Shown here: piece by piece, positions 1-13,066 of the stretch
Layout of the letters: each line of letters starts with the position of its first letter
How positions within the stretch are numbered: position 1 is the first letter of the stretch
Source of the DNA: Octopus bimaculoides
Lineage: Eukaryota
DNA: 64,000 bases
Direction: 5' to 3'
Assembly: GCF_001194135.2 (NCBI RefSeq)
Contig: NC_068990.1
Span: forward strand, 70,035,007-70,099,006
Made by a program: the position numbers and the translations under genes
Notes under the pieces: generated by a model
What the model saw: only the letters and a program-made list of their open reading frames with translations
Databases searched by the model: none
Told to the model about the DNA's origin: nothing

Positions 1-190
1 ACATGTCACTGGCACAGGTGCCTTTTATGTGTCACTGGTATTGGCTACAACTATGATTTCGCTAAGCTTGACATGTCTTCTCAAGCACAGCAAATTGCCA
101 ACAGTCTCAGGTACTTGTCATCACTTCCATGAGACCCAGCATCCAGATCATATTTCATGAAAGAAAAAAAAAAGCATAAAGAAATTATAT

Positions 191-611
191 TAGGTGCAGG
201 CGTGGCTGTATTAAAAAGCTTGCTTCCCAACCAGATGGTTCCAGGGTCAGTCCCTCTGCATGGCATCTTGGGCAAGTGTCTTCTACTATAGTCGCAGGCC
301 AACCAAAACTTTGTGAGTGGATTTGGTAGACAAATACTGAAATAAGTTTGTTGTATATACATATATATACGTATGTCTGTATGTGTGTGTGTGTGTCTTT
401 GTGCCTGTGTTTGTTCCCCATCACCACTTAACAACTGATGTTGGTGTGTTTACATCCCCCTAACTTAGCAGTTTGGCAAAAGAGGTTGATAAAATAAGTA
501 CCAAGCTAAAGAAATAAGTCCTGCAGTCAGTTTGTTCAACTAAAACCCTTCAAGGTGGTGCTCCAGCATGGCCACAGTCAAATAATTGAAACAAGTAAAA
601 GAATAAAAGAG
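191..611 (+). mobile_element. tRNA-headed SINE, family A (CORE-like body)
   Basis: A/B-box head ggcgtggctgt...ggttccagggtcagtccc, then catcttgggcaagtgtcttc, an internal (TG)n and a gaaacaagtaaaaga tail. Other copies lie near 1132-1440(-), 4400-4562(-), 7218-7362(-), 13335-13487(-), 17660-17962(+), 20160-20322(-), 24240-24392(+), 27340-27500(-), 33330-33690(+), 34460-34880(-), 41750-42395(-), 43458-43770(+) and 51640-52030(+). Confidence 0.8.
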
Positions 612-1084
612 TAGGCCAAGACAGCAACAGACCTTCAAATCTTAGCAGCTGTTAAGGGACCAGCAATAACAAGGGCAAGTTAATTGTATTGAGGACAATT
701 TCCTTTACTCCTCATGGATATCAAGTTTTACTTGGAGATAGTGCTACCATGTGACAGCAACCAGAGCTGATCTCTTCACCATTATACACCAATCTGTGCA
801 ACTCCTAATTGACCTGTATGGACAATGAGCAAAGACAAGTCAGAAACGATGCTGAATCTTTCATTCTACAATGCTTCAATGATGTTTATGCTGTTGTGTC
901 TTTATCAATCAGTACAAAATGGAAGTGCGTTTGGTACCATTGCTGATATAGCTATATACATATATATATCTATAAACAATAGCTTTTGGGGGGAGAGACT
1001 ACAATAATTAACTGTTCCTCCTTTGTATTCTGTCCTCAATAACAGTCACATACTTACACAAGGCTAAAATACTCCTACATTTTT

Positions 1085-1132
<48 letters not shown>

Positions 1133-1589
1133 AGCCTATTACTTATTCTATTGGTCTGTTTTGCCGAACCGCTAAGTTACAGGGTTGTAAACACACCAGC
1201 ATCGGTTGTCAAGCAATACTGGGGAGACAAACAGACACACAAACATATACATATACATACACACATACATATACATATATATGACGGGCTTCTTTCAGTT
1301 TCCGTCTACCAAATCCACTCACAAGGCTTTGGTCGGCCCGAGGCTATAGTAGAAGACATTTGCCCAAGGTGCTACACAGTGGGACTGAACTCAGAACCAT
1401 GTGGTTGGTAAGCAAGCTACTTACCACATGCCCACTCCTATATATATATAAAAATTATAATATAGGGTATCTAAGAGATACCACCACGCTGAAAATAGCA
1501 GTCAAATCTTGACTCTAAACCACAATAAATGTTCATATAGCACAAAGAGTGAAAACGAAGATAAAATAAACTAGTAAAAGTACTGGATA

Positions 1590-1648
1590 ATTCCAGATCC
1601 CGGATTTCTGGCTTTGCATAATAAATGCTTTGCCTTCATCAGTGAAAT
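1590..1648 (-). ncRNA. Minimal hammerhead ribozyme motif
   Basis: AUUUCA-CUGAUGA-A-GGC...GCC-A-GAAA-UCCGGGA-UC^UGGAAU: 6-bp stem I, extended stem II with an A-A mismatch at its base, near-palindromic stem III. Confidence 0.62.
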
Positions 1649-1717
1649 ATACTCAGAAAAGCACATAAATACAAATATATATATATAAACATACAATATA
1701 CTTACATATACGAACGT

Positions 1718-1749
<32 letters not shown>

Positions 1750-2784
1750 TCTATTTGTTCAGAAAATCTTTCACTACTTGTAATGGTTTTGTCATTGACA
1801 TTGTTGTAAGCATCACTATCATCATCTTCACCATGTTGTTGTTATTGATAGTGTGCAAGTGTTGGTGCTATTGTTTGTGCAGCTGTTGTTGATGCGCATA
1901 TCACTGTTACTCTCCTTGATTCCATTCACAACTGTTGTTGTTGTTCTTGCAGCTGCTACTGTTGCTGTCATCACTGCTGCATTTGTTGTTAGCATTGCAA
2001 CAGCAACAGCAGCAGAAGCTGCTGTTGTTTTTTTGGATACAACTAATTAAAACAACACTATTATTCAAGTAACTAGAAATAGCAGCCAAATCCCCTTCAA
2101 TTTGTATCCTACCATTAAAAAAATTTGTTTTTAAATGGAAGGACACTTTGGATAATGAAGACCTAGAAACATGTCTGGAAAAATATGACTGGATAGTTAG
2201 GGTTAGGGTTGGAACTTAGGACTAAAAACCAATGCCAGTTAGAATGATCTGGCTTTTTACTGTCTCTGTACCCCAATGACTATCTCCTTGGTGTCATTAA
2301 TGGAAGTGGATATTCGCGAAAACTACCAATGAAAATAACCAGACTTCTGTTCTTGGGGCAGGACTTCACAAGCCGATCATAATGATTATGGCTATGAGAA
2401 TGAAGATGATGATGATGATAATGATCATGGCTATGAGAATGAAGATGATGATGATGATGATGATGACAGTGTGATGGCAAAGATTGTGGTGGTGATGACA
2501 ATGAGGATGACGATGACAACAATGACACTGATAATTGATAATAATAATGATGATGAGTTCTTACTATAATACGGGGCCACAATTTTATAGAAGTATTTTT
2601 GAGAATGATTTTTTTGTGTGTGTCTGTATACAAACAGAATTTTATGTTTCAGGTAAAAATGATTTTTTATTAAATGGATACATGTGATTTTTTTTTCGTA
2701 TGTGTACATCCGTGCTTGCAAGCTTATGTATGTATGTGTATATGTATATATAAGTGTGCATGTCTATATCTATCTATCTATCTA

Positions 2785-2839
<55 letters not shown>

Positions 2840-3303
2840 NNNNNNNNNNNNNNNNNNNNNNNNNNNNNNNNNNNNNNNNNNNNNNNNNNNNNNNNNNNNN
2901 NNNNNNNNNNNNNNNNNNNNNNNNNNNNNNNNNNNNNNNNNNNNNNNNNNNNNNNNNNNNNNNNNNNNNNNNNNNNNNNNNNNNNNNNNNNNNNNNNNNN
3001 NNNNNNNNNNNNNNNNNNNNNNNNNNNNNNNNNNNNNNNNNNNNNNNNNNNNNNNNNNNNNNNNNNNNNNNNNNNNNNNNNNNNNNNNNNNNNNNNNNNN
3101 NNNNNNNNNNNNNNNNNNNNNNNNNNNNNNNNNNNNNNNNNNNNNNNNNNNNNNNNNNNNNNATATATACATACATATATATATACATATACATACATAC
3201 ATATATATATATATATAAATACATAGATATATACATACATATATATATATATACATACATATATATATGTATATGTATATATATATACACTTACATATGT
3301 GTG

Positions 3304-3336
<33 letters not shown>

Positions 3337-3461
3337 ATATATATATGTGTGTGTGTATGTATATATGTATGTATATATATATGTGTGTGTGTATATATAT
3401 ATATATGTGTATACATATATATGTGTATATATATGTATATGTGTATTTATATATATGTATG

Positions 3462-3502
<41 letters not shown>

Positions 3503-4858
3503 ATGCTACATAAAAAGCATTGGTTTGGACGCTGGTGCCACATAAAAAGCCCTCAGTACATTTTGTAAAGTGGTTGGCATTAGGAAGGGCATCCATTATA
3601 GAAACCAAGCCAAAACAAACTAGGGAACCTGGTGCAAGCCCGATCTTACCAGTTCTTGTCAAACCATCCTACTCATGCCAGCAAGGAAAATGGACGTTAA
3701 ATGTTGATAAAAGTTGTTCTTGATTGAATCAACCTCCAGTACATTACTGGTTCCTATTCTATTGATTACCTAGAAATAAAAGGCAAACATCAACATGCTC
3801 AGGGTTTGAACTTTGATGCAACTTAGTTTTAGTTCCAAATTTTTACCATGTTTGTTTGTTTGTTTTGTTGTTTTTTTTTTTACATCTCCCCTTCCTTGTA
3901 ATAATAACCTCTTACATTAGCACAAGGCCAGAAATTCAGCTAGTTGACTGATCCTTTATTTTATCAACTCTTGATGGATCAAAAGGAAAAATTGATCTCA
4001 GCAAGATTTGAACTTAGAGCCTTAAGGGACTTAGTTAAATACAACAAAATTTTTAGTTCTATACACAACAAATTCATTCATGATGCTTTCTTATCATCAT
4101 CATCATCATCATCCTCATCATCATTGTTAATAATGTCCATAGGTCTGATGGAGTTTTATTGAGGCCAATTTTCTTCAGCTGGAAGCCTTTTGCGTATCCA
4201 AATGTCATCTGTTTTCAAGCAAGATGATATGTCCCAATGGCTAGGCATGTTTTTGCAGAAGACTGGAAATGAACGACACTGCTTGTATGACACTGATACT
4301 CATTTACAACTATCATATGGTGTCGAGCCAAGGAGAAACAAACATACACTCACAGGCACATTCACACACACACACACACACACATGCTCGGACATGCATA
4401 CAGTTGGATTTTTTTTCCTTCAGATGCTATTTACTGAAGCCACTCACAAGGCTTCTCGTTGGCCCAAGGCTATTGTAGAAGACATTTTCCCTCGGTGCTG
4501 CTCAGTGGGACTGAACTTGAAACCATGTGGTTGGGAAGCAAACTTTCTAGCCACAATCCCACTGTAACTAAACCAACACCAACCACACGAAAAAAGTAAG
4601 AACCAGGAGAAGATAACTCTAGTTTTGTATTCCTGATTGTCCTTCTAATTTAAACATTCAGAATTGTTTGTTTTCTTCTGGGAGGTGGGGAGGGGTTTCT
4701 TCTCAAATGTCCACACTTTGCCTTCCGTCTGTCTTGTTTAATTTAAGATCATGTATCTGGTATCAGACACTCTTTCCTTTTCCATTTCCTCCCCCTCCAC
4801 CCCCACCTCTCTGTCTTCATACTCAGCCTGTATATCTGGTACTTACTCTGCATGTGTA

Positions 4859-4894
<36 letters not shown>

Positions 4895-6423
4895 TCACTT
4901 GTGTCCTTTCCTTTTCTTTCATATTTTCTTTAAACCAAATGGATATTTTTTATATATCTTTTTAGTTTATCTTAGATCAAAAGATGCTACAGTAGTCACC
5001 TCCAAACTTTCAACTAGTTTTTCTACATTTGAGCAAATAATAATAAAAATGATAATAATAATAATAATAATAAAGAAAGCACTAATAATGATAAAGAAAA
5101 TAATAGTAATAATAATAATAATAATAAAGAAAACAAAACTAACAACAATAATGTTGATAAAAATAATGATGTTGGTGATAATAATAATGATAAGGATGAT
5201 GATGATAATAATAATAATAATAATAATTAGAAAAAATAGAAAGATGAATAATGTATTTAGATAAATAAATTAATGGATAAATGATAAAAATAGAAAAAAA
5301 AAGAAGCATTGAAAGAAATAGAGAATGATAGAAGTTGAAATAATGAGAGAAAGACAGATAAATAGAAAGTGTTATAGAATTTTATATATAAAAAAAAAGT
5401 ACATGGAAAAAAATTGGCAGATAAGAAAGAAATATAGACAGATAATGGAGCTCCCCTGCACTGAAGGTACAAACTAGTACCCTCTGTCAATTGAAAGGAA
5501 AAACACTAGCTATATACATATGTGTATATATATATATATATAAAATATTTGTGTGTATATTGATAAGAAAAAGCTTGAAATCAGATAATTTGGAAGTCTG
5601 CTGCTGCAGGAAAATATGAAGAACGAAATAAATCAACAGCTGAACAGATACAAATCTGTTAATCTATAATTGTTATCTGTATGTAGGTAGGTAGGTAGGT
5701 CTTTAACTGGTTCCATGAAAATATATTTATCATTTTGTATTATTATATCTTATTGTGGCTGTGTAGTCGAGATGTTTGCTTCCCAACCAATGTAGTTTCA
5801 GGTTCAGTTCCACTGTGAAAGGCATCATGCTATAGAAAACCTTCATCAATATTTTCAATCTGACTTAGGCACACCTCAAAAAAGTGAATACTAAAACAAT
5901 GATGAAGATGGGTTTTATTTTTATTATCGTTATTATTAGATAACTGACAGAATCATTAGCACATTAGACAAAATACTTAACAGTATTTCTTCTAGCTTCT
6001 TTACATTTCGAGTTCAAATCCTGCCAAGGTCAACTTTGCCTTTCATCCTTTTGGAGTGACTAATAAAGATGTCAGTTGAACACTGGGGGTGATGTGATCA
6101 ACTAAACCTCTTCCCTCAAAACTAGCCTTGTACCAAAATCTAAAATTACTATTATTATTGTTGTTGTTGTTATTCAACATTTAACGTCTGTTTTTCAGGC
6201 TGGCATGGGTTGGATGACTCAACAGGAACTGGCAATGTCAGGGGTGGCATCAGGTTCCATAATCTGTTTTGGCTTGTTTTCTCCAGCTGGATGCCCTTTC
6301 TAGCACCAACAACTCCACAGAGTGTACTGGGTGCTTTTTACATGGCACCAGCATCCACACCAACGATTCTTATGTAGTGTCTTGGTTTCCAGATCTTAAT
6401 TCTGTTATTATCATTAACTTTAC

Positions 6424-6466
<43 letters not shown>

Positions 6467-6617
6467 TCCACCAAGGTTGACTTTGCCTTTCATCCTTTCA
6501 GGGTCGATAAATTAAGTACCAGTGGTCAATAGCAATTGACTAGCCCCCTCCCGAAAAATTTCAGGCCTTGTGCCCCTGTAGTAGAAAGAATTTTTATTAT
6601 AGCCATCATCCTCATCA

Positions 6618-6666
<49 letters not shown>

Positions 6667-7171
6667 AGGTGGCAAGCTGGCAGAATCGTTAGCATTTTTT
6701 TGTCTGTCTTTACATTCAAAGTTAAAATTCCACCAAGGTCAACTTTGTCTTTCATTCTTTCATAGTTGATAAAATAAAGCACCAGTTGAAAACTGGAGGC
6801 ACTTGTAATTGACTGCCTCCCCTCCTAAAAAAATATAGTAGAAGAAATCATAAAACTACAACATGCAATATTATTTAGCAGAGATGTTGCCTTGTAGTTT
6901 GTTAACAAGTTGCATCTTTTGAAATTTTTCTTAGAATTCTTGCAGAGTACAGGATTGCACTTTGTAGGTTGATAAAGCAATCTTATTTCAATATCATTCT
7001 GCCACTTGTGTAGCAGTTTGTATGTTGTGCTAAGTGCACCAATTTACCACTAAAACAATTATCACCTTAGTATCTTTGTCTTCCACAATCTCATAATCTC
7101 TCTGGTTAGGTCTTGATATTACATCAGATGTAAATGACGATGTACATACACACACACACACGCACGCACAT

Positions 7172-7214
<43 letters not shown>

Positions 7215-7373
7215 CATACATTCAGTTTCTGCCTACCAGATCCACTTACAAGGCATTAATAGACCTGGAGCTGGAGTAGAAAACATGGCCACGCTGTGGG
7301 ACTGAACCCAAAAACTACGTGGTTGGGAAACAAGCTTCTTACCACACAACCACACCTGCACCTATGTGTATGT

Positions 7374-7410
<37 letters not shown>

Positions 7411-8314
7411 TAAACACTTGATTGTGATTCAAGAGAGATTTAGTTACTATTCCTAACTAGTTCAATAACATGTAAAGCAGTCATGGATAATCTGCATCTC
7501 ATGAGCCACATGTGCATTTGTGGCTTGCAGGATTTCCTGAAAGACATGCCTAGCAAAAAACTACAATAGCTTTTTTTCCTTTTCGTTTTCTAGAAACAGG
7601 GTGCATGCCTAATGTAGAAGCTCCCCTCTTTTAATCATTTTATCATTTGTTTCCACAATAAATAATGCTCTTTCCTGCCACCTTGTTGAGCTGTACTTCA
7701 GTCTGGCTCTGAGTTTTATTGGATATTTTAAAGTTATTTTTCTCATCATTCCCACCACAGATCTTCTCTAATTCTCACAAGCACTGCCATTTATCACCAA
7801 TATAGGAACTATCTGCACCTAGTTGTCATCATGCATTTAAACCCCCAGTCATGAGGACATACACACACACATCTATATATATGAATGGTTGTGATGAAAT
7901 GTTCATTGAGGGTGTATATATATCCTGTATGTATGTATGTGTGTGTGTATATATATATGTATATATACACACACACATATATGAATAGTTGTGATGAAAT
8001 GTTCATTGAGGGTATATTATCCTCAAGTTGTCATTACTTCTATTATAACCTCTCCTAACTGCTATTGACCTATTTCTCGCTTGTTCATTCTTTGGTTTAT
8101 ATCAGCTTTTCAACAAACACACACACACACGCACACACACACACACACACACACATCTTTTGTAAACCCTGACTTCCTTTTATTTTACTTTAATAATTTT
8201 ATTTGAAATCTTCACATAAAATATAATGATTTGAACAAATATCTCTATATACACCTCTATTAACACACACATCATGGGTGGCGAGGTGCATTTTTATCTC
8301 AACCTCTGTAAAGC

Positions 8315-8382
<68 letters not shown>

Positions 8383-11001
8383 TGTGTGTATGCATAATTT
8401 CAGGGTGTGACTAGTTCAAAAGGAGCTAATCTCCAGCAATTTAGAGTACTCAAAGATAAGTCTGGGAGTTTTACATACTAATAAGGTAGCTTTAGACACT
8501 TTACCCTTTGTTTTCTATATGCGCCCATCAATATCAATCTCAACAGAAAAAACATTTTGGTCTTTTTGGCTATACATACCAAAACACTATGTGTCTCAAA
8601 AGGGTTAATAATGTAATGATAAAGTCCTTTTCTAAATTTTTCATTTTCATTACATTTTTTTTTTTAATTATGGAACAAAGACAGTATAGTTCAACAGAAA
8701 TATATTAATAAAAGGCTTAAATTTTATGTATTTAAGTACATGTCATTATTATTATTATTATTACTATTATTATTATTATTGAGTGAGAGAGCAGTGCATG
8801 CCATCAAATATATGAAGCCCAATAGGCCTAAACAATAGCAACAACAATAACAACATCAACAATAGCAGCAATGGCAGCAAAGATTTTTCAAATTATTCTA
8901 AAACGATAAAAAAAAAATGGGGGGAAATATTAAACTGGAACCTGATAATATTACATAATGACATTGACTGAGAATAGAAAGAAAATGATTTTTGGAACAA
9001 TTCGAACTGTTCACACTCTTGGAGAGTCTGCAAGTACTTTATTTATTTATTTATTTATTAGATGGAATGGTGTGATGAACTAACTGCTGCTGCTGAGAAT
9101 TGCTCAGTGTGGGATGGTGGGGCAGGGAGCAGCATTTGGCTGGGAGTTAAGTTGGAAGTAACGTTAGTCCCTATTATCTGTTTTCTCTTCTGCATGCTTA
9201 GAATCATTTCAAAAGATAAAGTTACTGAAAATAAGATTCATCAAAAAGATAACTTTAGTAAATAATCTGTACTTCTTCAGTGAAAAGGACCGAGTTTATG
9301 TGCTCTCAGGGTATAAAACATTTCCTTTAATATATACAATATTACTTATTATAAATACAGATATATTAAGTACAAAGTGAAGCAAAAAAAGACCCCTCTC
9401 AGATTCTTATTCTTGATAAACATTTCAACAAAAATCGCATGATCTGCACTGATCCAAACAACAAGCATAACTCAAACGCAAACAGTAAAACATTAGCTAT
9501 ATGAAGATACTAGCACCATTTGTCCAACTTCACTAACGCCATGCTAATGCCCAAGAAAAATATGGGAGGTTTTTCTGTTGCACCCTGTACTTATTAAATT
9601 CATTACACTGTAGATGTTGTTTTTTCTATGGCTGTTGTTGTTGTCTCTTTTGAATCTGATTGCCATATTTTGGCAGAAGTCCATTGAGAGTAGTAGTGCA
9701 AAGATCGCTCTGAGAAAGTGTTTATAAAATAAATAACTTTACTTTATTGATTTCTCCCCCTATCACATGAATCCAATGCAATAATACAAGTCCCCACCTC
9801 AGGGTTGTGGGCAATGAATGAAGAAATCAAAATAAAGCAGGCTATAATTGAAAAGATAGTGTTTGGTTTAACCAGATTTTATCTTTAAAAAAATAGTAAC
9901 TGCGTTCCATTTGTTTAGGTTTGCCATTTCTGTATCAATTTTATTTATAAAGTAAGTAAAAACTCCCCCATTTCCTTGAGGGCTATTCAAAAGTAGTGTT
10001 AATAGCATCGTTACAGAGAAGTCAACCTCAATATTAGCATTAATTCAGTGAAAGAGTAGGTAAGAGAGAGAGAGGGAGGGAGTGAGTTAAATATATTTAA
10101 AGCACTATAATAAACTCTTTAACCAGATATTTTAAACCAAAGAGAATTTTGGTATTAATAGGCATGGATTGTTGTTGCTTAACAGACATATGATCTAAGA
10201 CCTTCCATCCATGGCCATCATTGACTGTATTATCTAAGTATCCTCTTATTTGTTATACAAACAGTATTGCTTGTTATTTGTGGTTACAGGTACAGTTCAT
10301 TGGTTCCTATGAAAAACAGACATTAAACAATGAAATTTGTATTAAATGTTAGTAAAAGCCAGCTTATTTTGCCATATCTCCAGTTTGAGCCAATATCGGC
10401 CAGACCATATCCTACGTAAAAGCACATTTTGCAAGGGGAGCTCAAAACAATTTGAAAATCCTACATGATTAGGTGAAAAGCGCTTTATTTNNNNNNNNNN
10501 NNNNNNNNNNNNNNNNNNNNNNNNNNNNNNNNNNNNNNNNNNNNNNNNNNNNNNNNNNNNNNNNNNNNNNNNNNNNNNNNNNNNNNNNNNACCAGAACTT
10601 TATAAATGAAAATTTGGTAGAATGAAACTATATGGAAGTTTATTGAAGGGACCATTCCTGTGGAGTTTCTTTGGTTGTAGGTTTAGTTGATCTCTCATTA
10701 AAACCATTCCCTGGCCCCTTGGGTATCTTCAGGGGAGTCTGCTCTATTACAGGTTTTCTAGCCTGGTCACTGGTTTGAGAATATCTTCTTCCAGTCTTCC
10801 CAATAGTTTTAAAGGCCCCTGCCGAACTATCAAGTATGCTGCTATCAAAAAAGAAAGGGAAAAAATCTTCTGCCCCATTGTGGCACATTGAGCAAGTGCC
10901 TCCTATAATAGCTCCAGACTAACTAATCCTTTTTTCAATGAATTTGGTTTTTGGAAATTGTGCAGAAGTCAGTCTTGTGCATGTATATGTATCAGTATGT
11001 T

Positions 11002-11037
<36 letters not shown>

Positions 11038-11047
11038 NNNNNNNNNN

Positions 11048-11086
<39 letters not shown>

Positions 11087-11602
11087 CTTTGTATGTGTTT
11101 TGCATCTGCATTTGTGTCTGTATTTGTCAGTCTCTTCATAAGTAGTCTTCATGCGAACACTTTGACAACCAGTGTAAATTTTAAATATGTGACTCATGGA
11201 CCAGTTTAAAACCATCACCTGGCACTGTAAGAGTCTTTAGTTGAGTCTACTCTATTGCAAGAATTAGGACCAGGTCTGCAGTGTCAAGATTTCTCTCTTC
11301 CACCAAAATGTAAAAGGTCATAGACATTGCCTTCCTTTCTCACTAAAAGACTTTTAAAATAACACCTGGTATACTTATGTACCTCCTGAACTACCTTCTT
11401 GCACTCTGGGATGTGAGTTGAGGGCATAACACATTAAGAACCCCTATCTATAAGCATAGAAGTTCATNNNNNNNNNNTGAGGGCATAACACATTAAGAAC
11501 CCCTATCTATAAGCATAGAAGTTCATAAATGCAAATTTTATAATGACTTGAGCATTAATGATACAGGATTTTCATGAATGAGCCCTGAGTGACCTGATCA
11601 CT

Positions 11603-11891
11603 TTAACCCGTTTGATACCATCTTTCTGTTAGAATACATTGCCTTTGCTTCATTTAATTTTGAAAATAATTAAGAATTTAGTAAAATAACCTTGTCATTA
11701 TTNNNNNNNNNNTTAATTTTGAAAATAATTAAGAATTTAGTAAAATAACCTTGTCATTATTAAGCTAATGTTTAGAACAAAAATTAACATGAAATTTTTG
11801 ACAGAAAGTTTAATTCAGATTGCTTTAAAATAGAAAATTTGTATCCCCAAACAAGGGATGATCTCAGGCAGGTTAGCATTAACTGGGTTAA
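11603..11891. mobile_element. piggyBac-like MITE (TTAA-CCC...GGG-TTAA)
   Basis: ttaa 11603-06 + cccg... and ...ctggg + ttaa 11888-91; AT-rich non-coding interior that includes an assembly-overlap duplication. Confidence 0.65.
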
Positions 11892-12495
11892 AGAATACCT
11901 GTTGCTTGATGAAAAGTAATTGTAAAGTGGGTGCTACCTGATGTAGAGAGTTAATAAACTGTGATTTTTAAAAGTACTGCATTGTCTACTCAAAACTTTT
12001 TTGGACAGAATTACTTGAGAGTTGTTTAGTTGGAGAAGTTATTTACAAGAGACAGTAAAATGGGGGCTGCAAAGGAGAAACAACAAAAGTTGGCTTGAAA
12101 GAAAAAGGGGAAAAAGACATTCATTGAAGGAGCAAAGAAATTGTTTCACTCTTGTTAATTTTATTTTATCAGCCATTAGAACAGCTTGTGTAGTTGTCAG
12201 TATATTTGCATTTGTGTTTTTATCATTAAGCTCTTGTTTTAGTTATATTTTTGTAATTTTTTCATAAATTATGTAAATATGTGTATGTGTGTGTATACTC
12301 GCACACACATACACACATATATATTCATACTCCTATACATGCAGATACATGCTCATATATAAAATAATGTATGTATACACACACACACACACACACACNN
12401 NNNNNNNNNNNNNNNNNNNNNNNNNNNNNNNNNNNNNNNNNNNNNNNNNNNNNNNNNNNNNNNNNNNNNNNNNNNNNNNNNNNNNNNNNNNNNNN

Positions 12496-12531
<36 letters not shown>

Positions 12532-13023
12532 CACACACCTGGAAGCATGTGATTGGGAAGCAAGCTTCTTACCACACAGCCACGCTTAGCTTATAACATA
12601 CACACACACATACACACAGATATAATTTCATCATCATCATCACCATCATTTAATGTCCATGTTCAATGCTGACTTGGGTTGGACAATTTGACAAGGATCC
12701 AATGAGTCGAAGGACTGCATTGTGCTTCATTGTCTGCTTTGCCATGATTTCTATGACTGGATGCTTTTCCTAATGCCAACCACTTTACAATATGTACTGG
12801 GTACTTCTTTTGTGCTACCAGGACTGTTGAGGTCACCATGTAGCTGAGAAGACTAAAAACTCATGTTTTTGCAGAATATTGAAAATGAATGACGCTACTT
12901 GTCATGACTGGCAATCATTTAAAGCTATCACATTATGTCAAAACAATGAGGGACACGCACATACACACACACACACACACACATACATGCACACACACAC
13001 ACACACACACNNNNNNNNNNCAT

Positions 13024-13066
<43 letters not shown>

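Noticed and set aside
1481-1495. ccaccacgctgaaaa resembling the 5S rRNA 5' end
   Set aside because: Only about 13 nt of similarity, with no 5S body following.
2198-2210. TTAGGG repeats
   Set aside because: Only two copies; too short to call interstitial telomeric sequence.
9062-9265. Plus-strand ORF MEWCDELTAAA... as EGFR exon 1
   Set aside because: No N-terminal signal peptide or convincing phase-1 donor; splice signals favour the minus-strand reading.
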